64,000 bases of DNA from Balamuthia mandrillaris (lineage: Eukaryota): the NCBI GenBank assembly GCA_031835245.2, contig JAVKOQ020000075.1:124001-188000 (forward strand). The letters are read 5' to 3'. The notes beneath the pieces were generated by a model that ran no database searches, was not told where the DNA came from, and worked only from the letters and a program-made list of their open reading frames with translations. Positions 33,165 to 46,461 of the stretch are shown one piece after another. The position numbers and the translations under genes are program-made. Position 1 is the stretch's first letter; each line of letters opens with the position of its first letter.

Positions 33165-36148
33165 ATGGAGGAAAAACTGCGAGCGCAATTGGACGTGTTC
33201 GATTTGGCGGAGGAAGAGCTGGAGCGCCGACAAAAGGGCGTCCGGAGGAGAAAGAACCTTGATTTGGAGGAAGAGGACAGCGATGAGGGAGGCGGGGTGG
33301 GCGGTCTGGGCGAACTGCCCTCTGACTTTGAGGATGAGGAAGTGGACGAGGAGGAAGCCTTTGACGAGGAGGACGAGGAACGCTTTGGCAACCTTTTCTC
33401 ACACAAAGGCAAAACCGCTCCCAGAAAACGTCAGCGAGGAGCTCGTGGCAAGGTTTACTATTGTCCCCTCCTTTCGCCAGCCATCCATCTTTCTTTTTTG
33501 TTGGTATGGTCCCTCAACAAATCTATTTTTTTTACCTACAGAAGCAACAAGTGACACTATCGGAGTCAGAAGAGGAGGAAGAGGAGGAGGAAGAAGAAGG
33601 AACCATCTCTTTGGCCGAATTTCTGGAGGAGAACAGCGACGAAGAAGCAGGAGAAGAGAAAGATGCAGCACAACAGAAGAAGAAAGGAATGGCTGGAGTG
33701 AAACGAAAAGCTCGCGACACCCATGCGGAACAAGAGGACGAGCTAGCAGCAACGTGGTCCTCTTCGGATGATGAGGAGGAAGCGGAGCTCGATGAGGAGA
33801 AACACCAGTTGCTGCTACAAGCCATCACGGGTCCACAGAAGCGACAGAAAGTGGAGCTCCCTCCCGAAGAGTCTCTTTATCCTGAATCTGAGTTCAGCAT
33901 TGGTTTGTTTTTGCTCCCTTGTCTCTTTTGAGAGAGAGAGAGAGCGAGCGCGCGCGAGGGAGGGAGGAGAGAGGAGGAGAGGGAGAGAGGGTGAACACGT
34001 ACTAAGACATAATAAATAGGGAGCGGGCAGCAGGAACTAACTCTGGACGACCTTATCAACTCACTCGGTGATTCCAAGAGCAAGGCCAAGCTTAAAAAGC
34101 ATCTCAAAGATCTTACTTCAGGTTTCTAGCCTTTCCCTCATTGCTCTATCTTTCGTCTTTCTGCTTTCTAAGTCTCCTCTTTAATTCCGCGCATCTGCTC
34201 TCAATTATTCTTGTCAATAATTACTATAGACAAGTTAAAGGTGGGAGTACCATTAGAGCGTCCCGACAAGGAGCGTATCATACGCCGGACAGCCTTCAAA
34301 CAAGCCTCTAAACTGATGAGCAACAAATGGGTGCCAACAGTGACCGCCAATCGTAGAGCCGACCATCTGTCCTTTCCCTTCAACGAGTCGCACGCCCCAA
34401 ATCCTTCCACCAATGTTCTGGCCGGCCATTTCGAGGCCAAGACCTCTCTGGAGCAGGACATTGCTCAAATATTGAGAGACAGTGGCATTCAAGAAGAGAA
34501 AATACAGGAGTTTGAGGAGTTGCAGGCCAAGAAACTCAGCAAAGAAGAGATACAGCAAAGAGAGGCGCTCATCCAGAAAACAAAGAGGCTTTTGTTCTAT
34601 CAAGAGCTTAAGATGAAGCGGCGAAAGAAGATCAAGAGCAAACAGTACGTTCTCATTCCTTGGTAAAGTTGTTGTCCAATATTTACGTCTTCTTTTGTTT
34701 CTCTTTTACCGTAAAGATATCGCAAAATATTGAAAAAGCAAAAGGAACGCAAGCAGCTTTCATTGGAGGAATTGGGAGAATTGGATCAAGAAGAGGCCAA
34801 ACGACAAATGGAGAAGTTGGAAAGAATGAGAATTGAGGAAAGAATGACCCAGCGGCATAGAAACAAAGGTGCCTGGGCCAGACAGCAGCTCAAACGTGGT
34901 GTTGTGGACACTGAAGTACGGGAATCAATGACATTTTCATTTTTCGTTTCTTCTTTTTTCTTATACCAAACCAACAATTCAACTTTTTTGTATTCAGTCT
35001 CGCAAAGCCATTAGCAACCAAATGAAGATAAGAGAACAGCTTTTGAAGAAACAGCAGAGCATGTTTGATGACGAATCTAACAGCGATGAAGACGAAGAAG
35101 AACTGGAACGACAAATCGCAGAGCTTGACGCTGATGACATGCCTGAACTGCCAACAAAGGTATGTGTCTCCCCCGCTTCCCATTGCCATGCTTGCGCTGA
35201 AAAAGTGTTATACAATAGGGAATGATGTCGATGGAGTTCATGAAGAGAGGTATCCAAAGACAAGCAGCGGAAGCTGCTCATAACGCCAAACGCATGGACG
35301 AGGAATTTAGGGAAAAAATGAAACGTTTGCCTGGTTCGGGCTTGGAAGAAGACGATTACAAAGGGGTTGCTTCTTCCGATGATGACGATGAATACCAAGT
35401 TAACTACTTGCCTGATGAGGCTGATGACGATGTCGTTGATAAACCACACGTGCATCTACTTTCTTCCGGTGTTCTGACAGAGCAGGTATTATTTTTACTT
35501 TTTGATTTTGCAAGGGACTATGCACTCATATCGTTTTGTTTGAAAGAGCGGATTCTCCGCTTCACGCAGTACTAAAGCAAGCCGTCCTTTGACAGTGAAG
35601 ATGGATGGGTTGGGTGATGATGACAATGGTTCAAACAGTGGGAACGACCACGCTCCCATCGCCGATATATTTGAACAGCAAGACTTCCCTGAAGTAGAAA
35701 GTAGTCCCGCTCGCCACGGTCAGTATCCTCTTCATTTTTAGTTTCCTGTTTACATGGTGATCTTACCTTTATTGCTTGCGCGGAAACGTACAGCGACAAC
35801 AGTGGATATCAACACCAATACGGCTGAAGCAATAAAGCAAATGTTAAAAGAAGAGAAGCAGAGGCAACATCAACACCAGAAGAAAAACACCACCAGAAAG
35901 TCAAAGAGTTCAAAACTAGTTCCTCCTGGCAAACAAACAAAAACCACTCCAATCGATGCGGAGGAGGATGAAGAGGATGAAACCCAACTTCACATATCGC
36001 TGAATGCTGTTGGCGGAGTTGGTATCGACGATGATGCTGACTTTTATGCAACGAAGGACCGGCTCGAGCATAACGATATCGATGTGGATAGTGAAGACAA
36101 GATTCCACTTTCTTCTCATCCGCACAACTCTAAGCAGCCTCGGCCGGG

Positions 36149-36232
<84 letters not shown>

Positions 36233-37146
36233 CCTCCCTCTCTGACAATTTTATTTGGCATAGGCGTTCATGACTCGCAGAACCCGTGGATGCAGCCAGC
36301 CCAATTAGGCGGTACCGCCAAACGAAAGTCCAAAAAGGCGATATCAGCGGCCATGAGTGGGGCCACCGTCAACAACGATATAGGTACAAAGGACAGAGTA
36401 AAAATGCAACAACAGAAGGCAGAAAAAACGAAAAGGAACAGAGACGAAAGGGAATTGAGGATAGATGTGGACAAGGCTCTTGGCTCCCTCGGCAACAACG
36501 CCGAAGAGGAAGAGAACAACAGCGGTTTCAACTTGTTTGGTTCTGCCACCAACAAAAAACAAAAGGAGCTGATCAAGCGAGCCTTTGCCAACGATGACGT
36601 CGTGGCGGAGTTCGAGAAGGAGAAAGCTGAGTTGATGGCCGAGGGTATGAAGCAACCAGAAGACCAAGGCCTCCCTGGTTGGGGCTCATGGGCTGGAGAA
36701 GGCGTCCGTCAAAGAAATAATAGAAAGAAGAAAGCGCAAAAAAAGAAAGCCCCCCGCGTTCAGCAACCAAAGGGCAACATCAACGATAGCAAACCGCAGC
36801 GAAAGGACGCCAAACTGCAACGAGTGATCATTAACGAGAAGCGAGACAGAAAGGTCCTCTCCCTCTCTCGCTCTCGCTCTTACTCGTATTTGCTGTCCTC
36901 TGACCTGTGCTCCTTGAAAATTAGGTGGCGAAGTACAAAGTGACTGCTGTGCCTTTCCCCTTCACATCCAGAGAACAGTACGAAAAGGAGATGAGAAATC
37001 CAGTGGGCAAGGAATGGAACACCATGGAGACCTTCCAGAAGGCAATCAAACCAAGAATCTCTGTGAAGGCCGGCGGTGTGGTGGAGCCCATTAAAAACCC
37101 TAAAGGCAAGAAAGTCAAACACAAAAAGGCTAAAGAACAACAGTGA
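33165..37146 (+). CDS. UTP14: U3 snoRNA-associated protein 14
   Basis: KWVPTVTANRRADHLSFP, YQELKMKRRKKIKSK, RIEERMTQRH, AFANDDVVAEFEKEK, LPGWGSWAGEG, VPFPFTSREQYE..PVGKEWNT. Confidence 0.93.
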
Positions 37147-37209
37147 AAAAAAGCTTAGACGAAGAATGGCTTTACAAACAAAAAAAAAATATTACTAAGG
37201 ACGATTTTT

Positions 37210-37732
37210 TCAACAAAAGAACAGAGGACTAGGCGTCCAGTCTACGCCTCTCTTCTTCCTTTTTCCATCATTCCCAATGCTGACGCTAAACTGTTTAGAA
37301 TTGTCTATTCTTTGCGTTAGAACCATATGTGAGAGAGAGAAAGAAGAGAGAAAGGCCTGCCATACTTTCTCGTTCCGTTGTAAAAGCTCCTTGCTGATAG
37401 CGTCGTAGTTCGTCTTTACGAAAGAGTAGATACGAGGAAGTGACTCCTCTGAGAGCGTGTCCAGCGGAGGAAGGCTCACCTCTTCTCTACCAGCCACCAA
37501 TAAAACACAAGAAATAAGCACGCCGGAAGAGCGGATTGTCTGTTGGCGAGTGAATGAATGTACACACACAAAAAAAAGAAAGCAAATTTAAAGTACCTGT
37601 ATGAGGTTGAGTGGAATGCCGGCTTGTATCTCTTCAAGTTCTTGTCGTTGTTTGATATTACGTTGCTATAATCATTTTAAATTTTAGCATAATCATACTG
37701 AGCGATGAGAGAGAACGAGAGCAAGATCGAAA

Positions 37733-37767
<35 letters not shown>

Positions 37768-40163
37768 AAAGAGAAGAGAATAGAAAACAATAACAACGCG
37801 TCAAATGATTACCTCGACACTACTATGGAAATGCTTGCCAGAGTCAACGCACCACTGGTGAATATCTCTCATGTAGTTTTCTATGTGATGGAAGAGAGCA
37901 TAGTCCTGCCCGTATCGCTCCTTCTCTGCTTGTAATAGGGCGATGAACCATTCGAGGACATCACTGTTCTTGCTGAGCTCCAAATCCTCCAGCTTGTAAA
38001 ACGCTTCCTCTATGGCCTCTTCATAAGCCAACTTTGCCTTCTTCAACTCTTTCTCCGCCTTTCCCCCCAACCAATAAAAAACTAAGCAAGCAGAAAGCAG
38101 AAATAAGAACGGCGGTGACATGTACCTCATATAAGCGCACAACGTCAATCTTAGCTTTGGCACGTAAAGCCGCCACTTTGCTGACCTGTGTATCATAGTT
38201 GTTTCTTGCCTTTTTATACTTGGATTCCACTGCCTAAAAAGTTGATGTTTTAATATCTCTGTTCAATATTGAAATTCCTATTGCAAAAGCAATACCTTCA
38301 ATTCAGTATTTATATCTTTTTCTATTAACCGAAGAATTGGTGTTATGAATAACTCTGGTGTGGTGTCGTGCTGTTCGTTGGTGTATCAAATAAGTTAGAG
38401 CAAGCTATAGAATAAAACGAGGATAAAATAGGAAGAATGGAAACAGAGAGGAGAGAATATGCGTACAAGTTTCGTTTGAGCACTCGAAGCCTCTTTTATG
38501 GAGGGACCAAACTGGAGTAACGCTTGCGCTGAACAAAAAAAAACACGAAAACTCAGCATAACAACACCAACAAGAGAGATTGAGAGACGAGATACCATAA
38601 ACAGACTCACAATCACGCTTAGACTCACTTGAGCTCATTTTTTCGAGTTGCTGACCCAACGCTTGCATTTCTTTTGCCACCTCTGCGTTACAGTGAACAC
38701 GAAAACGCTCATCAGTAAAATGTTTCTTCCTCTAAACTCGCTTTCATTCTCTCTTCTCATTCTCTCATCTGAACCATTTCATTTCCTCACTTTCTCGTGG
38801 CGTGAAAAAAAAAAAAAAAACGTACTGAGGCCTTCTCGGTTGTACTTTTCGCATGCAGTGGTCACCTTCTTGAGCCTTGCTTTCATCATTTGAATTTTCT
38901 CCTCTCTTTGAAGGAATTGAGTATCCCGGTCTGGTTGCGATCTATAATATAAGAACAAGCCAAAAAAAAACATTCGTTCCATCAGAGTTCATAAATATCA
39001 GAGCGGAATATAACGTACTGTGAGTCTGATCTTCCTCCTTGTTGCTGTTCTTCTGTTGGATGCTTTAGCACAGATGGAAGGGAGGAAGGCACTGACTTGA
39101 CTCGTTTCAGCACACGGCCGCTGCCACCACCTCCGCCAACGCTGCCGTTGCTTCGCTCTGCTGTTGTTTGTGCCGCTGTACAGTTGTTGGCGTCTGCTTG
39201 CTGCTCTAGTCCATTTATGTCTCCTCCTTCGTTAGTGGCGCCTCCGCCACCCCCTCTTCCCATGCTTCTGCTGAGAGGACTACCTGGTCCTCCTGCTCCT
39301 CTTAATATCACAGATCCTCCTCTACCTCCTCCTCCTACTACGGTTCCCATCTGCTGCAGCTTCATTGAGGTTGTAACATCAGCGCTCCGCCTAAGATCTG
39401 GAGAGGATGGCCCTCGTCCCAACGCACCCGCTCCTCCCCTCAGACCTCCTCTGCCTCTAATGGCGGATGCTACCACGGGTCCTCCTCCTCTCCCTCCTTC
39501 CCCACCAGCTCCTCCTCCTCCTCTGGCCATTCCGGATCCAGCTCCTCCTCCTCCTCTGGGAAGTGGCATCGGAGGCAACCCTCCTCGACCTCCGTTTACT
39601 CCTCCTCTCCCTCCAGTTCCCCCTATTCCCCCTCTAACTGGTCCACCTCCACCTTCACCCGCGACATGTGGCGAGGGTGCTATCGTTCCTCCTCCTCCTC
39701 GTCCACCTCTGCCAGGAGGAGAGGCACCACCTCTTCCTCCTCTTAGGGCATGAGAGGTTGGCGAAGGCGGAGAGGGAAGGGTGCGTGAAACCATTGGCGA
39801 TGGCGAGGTTGGCGCCGTCGGAAAGGGAGGCAAGGCGTAAGAGCCGGAACCACCCCTCGCCTCTGGCGTCCCGGCGTAATAGTTGTTGGTGTTGTTGTGG
39901 CTTTCGGAGCGAGACAAAGGAGTGCCGGGTTGCAAGCTTACAGAAGCTTGTTTGCCCAAAAGAGAGGTCGGAGGGGCAACGGGTGTTTCTGTTTCGGTCT
40001 GTACGGAAAAGGCTTCGCCCTCCTCGTCGAAATGGAGGATGGAGTCACTCTTTAGCTCTATTTCCTCTCGTTTCTTGGCCTTTTTGGTGAGGACAGAGCT
40101 GGACTTGCTGCTGTTGCTTCCAAGCGACTTGCGCCATAACTTTTTGGTGGCTTTCGATGCCAT
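37210..40163 (-). CDS. BAR-domain-like protein with Gly/Arg/Pro-rich disordered N-terminus; 3' end uncertain
   Basis: RGG-rich first exon; helical exons KARLKKVTTACEKY, YKKARNNYD, AEKELKKAKLAYEEA, LLQAEKE. Confidence 0.65.
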
Positions 40164-40769
40164 CTTTCTATATCTTTTGCCTTGCTTTTCTTCTCTAACC
40201 AAAGATAAATATTACGTATTTCAAGTCTGTCCAGCAAGGCCTCCCCTTGAAACTTTTGGTTGTTATGGTTAGCACAAAATATTTTGTTGAAAAAAAATAA
40301 ATAACGAAAGTGAAACGGCAGGATAGGTGTGCTGTACCCGCTCAGCAGAGGAAGAAAGAAACAAAGATATATAGCAACAATATATATTTTCACGAAGAAT
40401 GAAAAGCTTGACAGTCGATTCAACCAACTCCACTTTAAAGTTTGTGCGTTTTTTTTTTTTGTTTACCTGTGCTTGGTGCACCAACAAGCCGCCAGAAGGA
40501 AAGATGAGCTGAGCACTTCCCTTCTGGCCCTTGCTGTGTTCTTTTCGCGTTTTGTTCGGCACACAAAACGAAAAACTCAGGATCTCCATTTATTACGACA
40601 ATTATCGTATCATATTGAATCTTGGCACGAATTATCGTCAAACGTATGCTCGTTTTATTTGTCGACAATACATATTGTATGAAAACAAACAAGGGCTTCA
40701 TGTGTCCAACCGCAAAAGAGGGGAACCCCTATACGTGCGCTAGACAAAAACAGTTTTTTTTTTTTTTTT

Positions 40770-42148
40770 TTACGAGTCATACCAATGCAAGAAGAGCAGG
40801 GAGAAAGAACAGAGAAGCAAGAACAAAAGCACAAAAAAGCGAAAGTCTCGGCCATGCTTGGATGCGCTGCGCATGTAGTCCGTTCCTTGCGTAAGGTGGT
40901 TGTAGCTATCCAAGGCCATGTTCTGTATGGTGGTGATGGTTTCCTCTTGCTCCATCACTCTTTGCGTGAAGAGGTCGCTCAGCCGAGCAATCTCTAGCAT
41001 CTGCTTCTCCACTTCCATCGCTTTGTCCATGTCTCTCTCAAACCTTTGTTGCAGCTCCTGGTTTTCCTGCTGCAACATTTGGCGTTCAGCCTCGCTGAGC
41101 CCTGCAAACTCATCTTCCTCCTCCTGCTCCTCATCTCGCTTCTTCCCTTTTGCATCCTCATGTTCTTGTGCAACCGCGTCCAATCCTCTTAGCATAGGTC
41201 CATCATCCTCGTCTTCAACTTTCCTCTTTCCTCTTCTTATTTCGCTGCGACCTTCATCATTCTCGTCTTCGTTGCGCCCTCGTCGATGATTCCTCGAGGA
41301 AGAAAAAGGACCCGTTACTTCTTTCCGCGCAAGAGCACTTCTTTCTTTGGCAGCCAACACCTCTGAGCTCTGTTTATAGTAGTTGTGTTGACTGTCCAAC
41401 AAACGTTGCAAGCGCAGTGCCCGTTGCTCGCCGTGCAGTTTGCTCACACCCTCCAGCTCTTTGTAGAGATAGCTGACCACCCCTCTGAGGTTTTCTTGGC
41501 ATTGTCTCGGCAGTTCTGCTGTTTTACTCTCTGATAACCAGCAGTATGGGAAGAGAAGAAAGTGAGAAGAGAGAAGAGAGAACAAGAAAGAAAAAGGGTA
41601 AAGCAGAGGAGAGAGGGAGGCAGGGAGGACTACCAATGGTAGAACTCAACCCATCGATTTTGTCACAACTTTGGCGTAAACAGAGCTTCATTTCTTTGTC
41701 TATTTCATCTCTTTCCTCTTCGGTCATTCCAGAAGCCTTGAAGGACAGCCATCGATGCGTATTCAAGTACTCAGCCTCATGATCCACCAAGTACTGTCGA
41801 ACCTCTGCAATACCTTGCAACTTGAAAAGAGGAGAGGAGAGAGGAGAGGAGAGAAAAGAGAGAGAGAGAGAGAGAGGAGAGAGAACAAAAATTGAGTTCC
41901 TTGTCTGCTCTTCTTCCTCACTAGAAGGGAGAATCATGTGGCTTGTTTTGCCGTACCAAGAGGAGTGCCCTCTCCAAAAACTTGGAGCAATCAGCAGCCT
42001 TCTCAGTGTTGTTGCTCTCGCTCCTCCTCCTCCGTGGTGCTCCCCTGGCCCCTTTTTGCTCGCCCAGTATCTTATCCAAGGGAGTCAGCAAGCCTTTGGC
42101 CTTGTGTCTCCTCCTTACACAGTCCCGAAACTGAGAGGTGAGGTCCAT
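40770..42148 (-). CDS. STX18: Syntaxin-18 / Ufe1 ER Qa-SNARE
   Basis: MDLTSQF N-terminus, MTEEERDEID, SNARE motif VEKQMLEIARLSDLFTQRVMEQEETI, C-terminal TM LLCSFSLLFLHWY. Confidence 0.92.
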
Positions 42149-42154
42149 TCTTCT

Positions 42155-42195
<41 letters not shown>

Positions 42196-42347
42196 GTCTC
42201 TCTGCTGTCTCTCCTTCTTGTGGTTGCCACGTCACCAGTTGTGTAGTTATTTAAATAATGAAAAGAATGAAAACATTTAATGCGTTTCAAGAATTTAAAG
42301 AATGTGTGGCATGGGCACTGTGTCCCACACAAATTTCTTTTTGTTAT

Positions 42348-42892
42348 TTACGAAACAAAAGCGTCCGGTTTTCTCTCGTGCACGGCTTGCCAACGCTTTA
42401 GCAGCTCTTTGGAAGGTTCGTAGCCCTTCTTGTAGACCACGGTGTGTCTGTCCTTCAGCTCCTCTCCAAAGGAATAGCTTGGGAGGCCGAGCTCATCAGC
42501 AACCTCATGACTGTGTTGTGCTTTCTGGTTAGTTTCCTTTCTCTGTGCGCCTTCTTCAAACAGTACTTCCAAAGAAAAGAGAAATAAAAAGGGGTGCGTA
42601 CATGATGTAGCGAAATACTTTGTCCATCGGAGGAAAGCCGAGGCTATAAATGTCCTCGTTTTTGATGAAATCGTTCAGCAGTTCCTGGCAAGTGGCATTC
42701 CAGGAGCTGAGGCGTTCCGCCTCTCTTTTCACCTTCTGTCCGATGAGGTCTCTGGATACCTTTTATGTGGTTAGGGGTACAATGCGTGTTAAACTTTTGT
42801 GAACAACACAACAGAACAATGCATTGTCTTGTCTTCACCTGTTCATGTTTGCCTGCATGAAGCTCAGAAACATCAAACTGCGTCCAGTCCAT
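42348..42892 (-). CDS. R3H-domain protein, SPAG7-like
   Basis: Spliced FPPMDKVFRYIM|HEVADELGLPSYSFGEE..RHTVVYKKGYEPS. Confidence 0.8.
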
Positions 42893-43202
42893 CAGCGCTA
42901 GCGTCTTTGAGTCTATGTTGGTTTGTTTTATGGTGATCGTCAAGCAGCCACCCCCAAAAGGGCGCCCCCTCTCAAGTGCAAAAGAGAAAGCATCAAAGTG
43001 ACAGAAAGTAGAGCGAGAGGGAGGTGAAAAGCGAAAGAAAACAAAATTGAAATTTCATCCCACTGTTTCACGTCGTCACGATGTTACAACCAAAAAAAAA
43101 AAGGAAAGAGACAAAAAAGACAGAGAAGAAAGAGAAAGGCCGATCTGTTCTTTTGAAAGTTATTTTTTTAAAAATAACGTTTCTTTGTTGACAACAAACA
43201 AC

Positions 43203-46122
43203 ATGTTCAGACTCATACGCAAGGACAAGGACAAGGGTAAAGAAAAAGAGGATGAGGGAATTGGCGAAAGTAGCGGCAGCCCGAGGGCCAAGCGTTCCTC
43301 CACCCACATGAAAAATGCCAGGGAGAAAGGCAAAGAACGAGGTGCCGGCTCTTCTAGAATACAAGAGGGCGAAGCCGACTCTGAAAACTCTGATGTGGAG
43401 AAGGTACATTGTTTGTTCCGTGTCTCTTCTATTCTCTTTGGTCTGTTCTTTGTTCTTCTCCTCCTCGATGCTCTTCTTCGGCTTGACCGCTTCCGCCAAC
43501 TGAAAGGATTTTTATCTCATGGAAAAGCCAAAGGGCAAAAAGCAAGACCTAACCCTCTCCACCCTTCTTAACATCCGAGACGCAGCCACCGAAGAGCCAA
43601 TGACCCCTTACAACGAATTTGCCAATGTAACTTCCTCTTGCTTCTTACTCTCTCTCTCCTCTCTCCTCTCTTCTCTCTCCTCTCCTCTCTCCTCTCTCCT
43701 CTCTCCTCTCCTCTTCATCGCTCCCTTTGTTTCTCTCTTCCTGAGTGCCATTTGTTCACAGGAAATAAGTAAGACTGTAATGGTGCGTAACTTGCCTTTC
43801 GAGCTTACAGCGATGGAACTGGCTGATGTTGCCACCGCCAAAGGCGGTATTCGTATGATCAAATTGTAAGTCTTCTTTCTTGCTGCTTCTTTTATTATTG
43901 TCTTTTTTGCGTTTATTTCTTTTTTTTTTGTCCTTTGTCGCTCTTACAAAACTGTTGCTGTGGTTGTTGTTTATGTTCTCGGTCTTATTATATTGGCAGC
44001 TATCCGAAAGGGGGTCTCAAGTCTGCTTTAATTGAGTTCAACACTTGTGAAGGGTTGCATAGAAAGATTGCACGCAAGATAGAAGCTCTTGGTTCTGGTA
44101 TTGTTGTAGAACCTGCCCGAGTATGTTCTTTATCACTTTTTATCTTTTGCTCTTTTTACTCTGCTCTAGTCTTCCTTCCCAACGTCCTGCTTTGTCTTTT
44201 CATTCTCATTTACCCTTTTTGTTTTTTCTGCATGATAGATATGCATTCGGCAAGCACTCACTTTGGAGCTAGAAAACGAGGTGTCTCGTGCAAATGACTT
44301 TGAGAGCAAACTCAAAGAAGCTCAACAAAGGGAAAAAGAGCTACAAGCAGAGTTGGAAGAACAGCAATCGCAAATTGAGACGATGACAGCAGAGAAGAAG
44401 CGGCTTACCAACAGCCTCAACATCGAAACATCCTCTAGACATATTTTCGAGCAACAGAACAAAATGCTGGAAGCAGAGAGAGACCGATTGAAAGAAGAAA
44501 ACAAAGTTCAAAAGGCGGAACTCATTCAGCTGCAGAAACAGTTTAATCGCACTCAATTCCAGCTGCTCACTTTGCAGGCAGAAAGGAATCCAACGGACAA
44601 GAGCATAAGCGAGGAGCTGCAAAAACATTTGGAGAGGGAAATGAGAGAGTTGCAGTTGGAGGAAGAACGAGAACAGAGGAGGTATGCTCTCGAAAAACGG
44701 GTCAAAGACCGTATGATAAGGCAACGAGTACGTGCTGAAGGATTGGCGCTGAGTGCTGCCCAGCATTGGAAAGAATGGGCTAGGTGTGTTCATTTTACTT
44801 TTACATTTTTTCTCTTTAGTCGCAAACCTAAATAACTTTGTCTCTCTAGGAAGAAGGCTATTTTACGACAGGAAGAAGAACTCACAATGAAGTTTTTAGA
44901 GGAAGAAAGGCTAGAAAGGCAGCGAGAGGCCGAAGAACGAGAATATAGCTGTGTATGTATCATACAACACTTTTTACGGTTTCTTATCTACATTGAAACT
45001 CACTTTTTTTTTAACCTGTAGCCTATATGTTATTGTGACTACAAGATCGCGGAAATGTATACTCTCGACCAATGCTTTCACCGCTTCTGTTTTGAAGTTA
45101 GTTTCCCTTTCTCTCTCTCTCCTTTCACTCATTCGCTCAAAATAATGCTTTTGCCACTTTCTCCAGTGCATAGGACAGTACCTGAAAGTGAAGATAGAGG
45201 AGGGACAAGTACGAAAGATAATATGTCCCGATCCTAAATGTTCAGAAACCATAACACCAGCCGAGGTATGTCTTCCAAACTCCCATTCTCTTTCACGATT
45301 TTATTCATCTAAATCTTTCTCTCCCTCCCTTAGATTAAGCATTGTGTAAGTCAGGAACTGTTTGAAAAGTTTGAGGAATTCTCCCTCCAAGCTGCTCTTA
45401 ATCAAATGCCAGATCTTCGTTGGTGTCCCAAACCTGGTTGCAAGAACGCCATGGTACGCAATGATGTCCCCCTTAGTAGTTTCAGTCTCATTATATTTTC
45501 CTCAGTCGTTTTTGGGGTGGTAACTAACAAACAAACCAGATTGGAGACGAAGAGAATCCAATGATGATTTGCTCTAATCCTTCTTGTAAATACTCTTTCT
45601 GTTTTAAATGCAAAGAAGAATGGTATTGTACACTCGGTTTTATTTCCTTATTTACCCTGTGTCTTTATTTCCTGTTTAATCTTTATTGTTCCTTTTTGTT
45701 CTTCTTTAATTCTTGACATAGGCACGCTGATGCGACATGTGAACAATATCAACAATGGAAGATTGAAAACTCAGAGGCAGACGCCAAATATGCCGAATGG
45801 GTTAGAACGAATGCTAAACCTTGCCCCAAATGTCATTGCAGCATTGAGAAGAACGGCGGTTGCAATCACATGACTTGTCAGCAGTGCAGCCACCAGTTCT
45901 GGTACGTTCTTGTTCTTACATTCTCCTCCACCGTTTACTGACTGTTATCTTGTTTCTTCTTCGTTTATTTGTTTTTGTTCTGAAGCTGGCTTTGCATGAA
46001 GGATTATACAGTAAGTTCTATTCTCTATATTTGCTCCATTATCCAATCTCACCTTTTCCTTGCCAAACAAACAGAGCGACCACTTTGGAAATATGCCATG
46101 GAGTTGCAAGCAGTTTACTTGA
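43203..46122 (+). CDS. RBR (RING-IBR-RING) E3 ubiquitin ligase with N-terminal RRM-like domain and coiled coil
   Basis: VMVRNLPF/ALIEF; RING1 ICYC..CFHRFC..CPDPKC; IBR RWCPKPGC..CKYSFCFKCKEEWH; RING2 KPCPKC..IEKNGGCNHMTC..FCWLC. Confidence 0.9.
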
Positions 46123-46461
46123 TGGGCATGCCGGTAAACAACCACATCATATTGTCCGCCTTCCTTTGAAGAGGTCACCATTTTGAACGAATCACAAAGA
46201 GAAAGGCCAACAACTTACTCGCTACTGTACTATAAATTCTATCACATTCTAACCATATTACTTAACAATCTATTGCTTTCTCTTTGTTGGAAGGGGGGAT
46301 AAAGGGTACAAAGCCACAGTGACAAGCCAACAAAGAGAATTTTGGTAATTGAGGTTAGTCCGATTTTGGTCCTTCTACGAGGTTGAGAAAAAAAGGGCAT
46401 CAGCTTGCAACGTAATACCCAAAAAAAACAAATAAAGACCCTCACCCATCCCGCTGTAGCA

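Noticed and set aside
39097..39753. Pro-rich plus-strand ORF (formin/extensin-like)
   Set aside because: Antisense shadow of the Gly-rich exon of the minus-strand gene.
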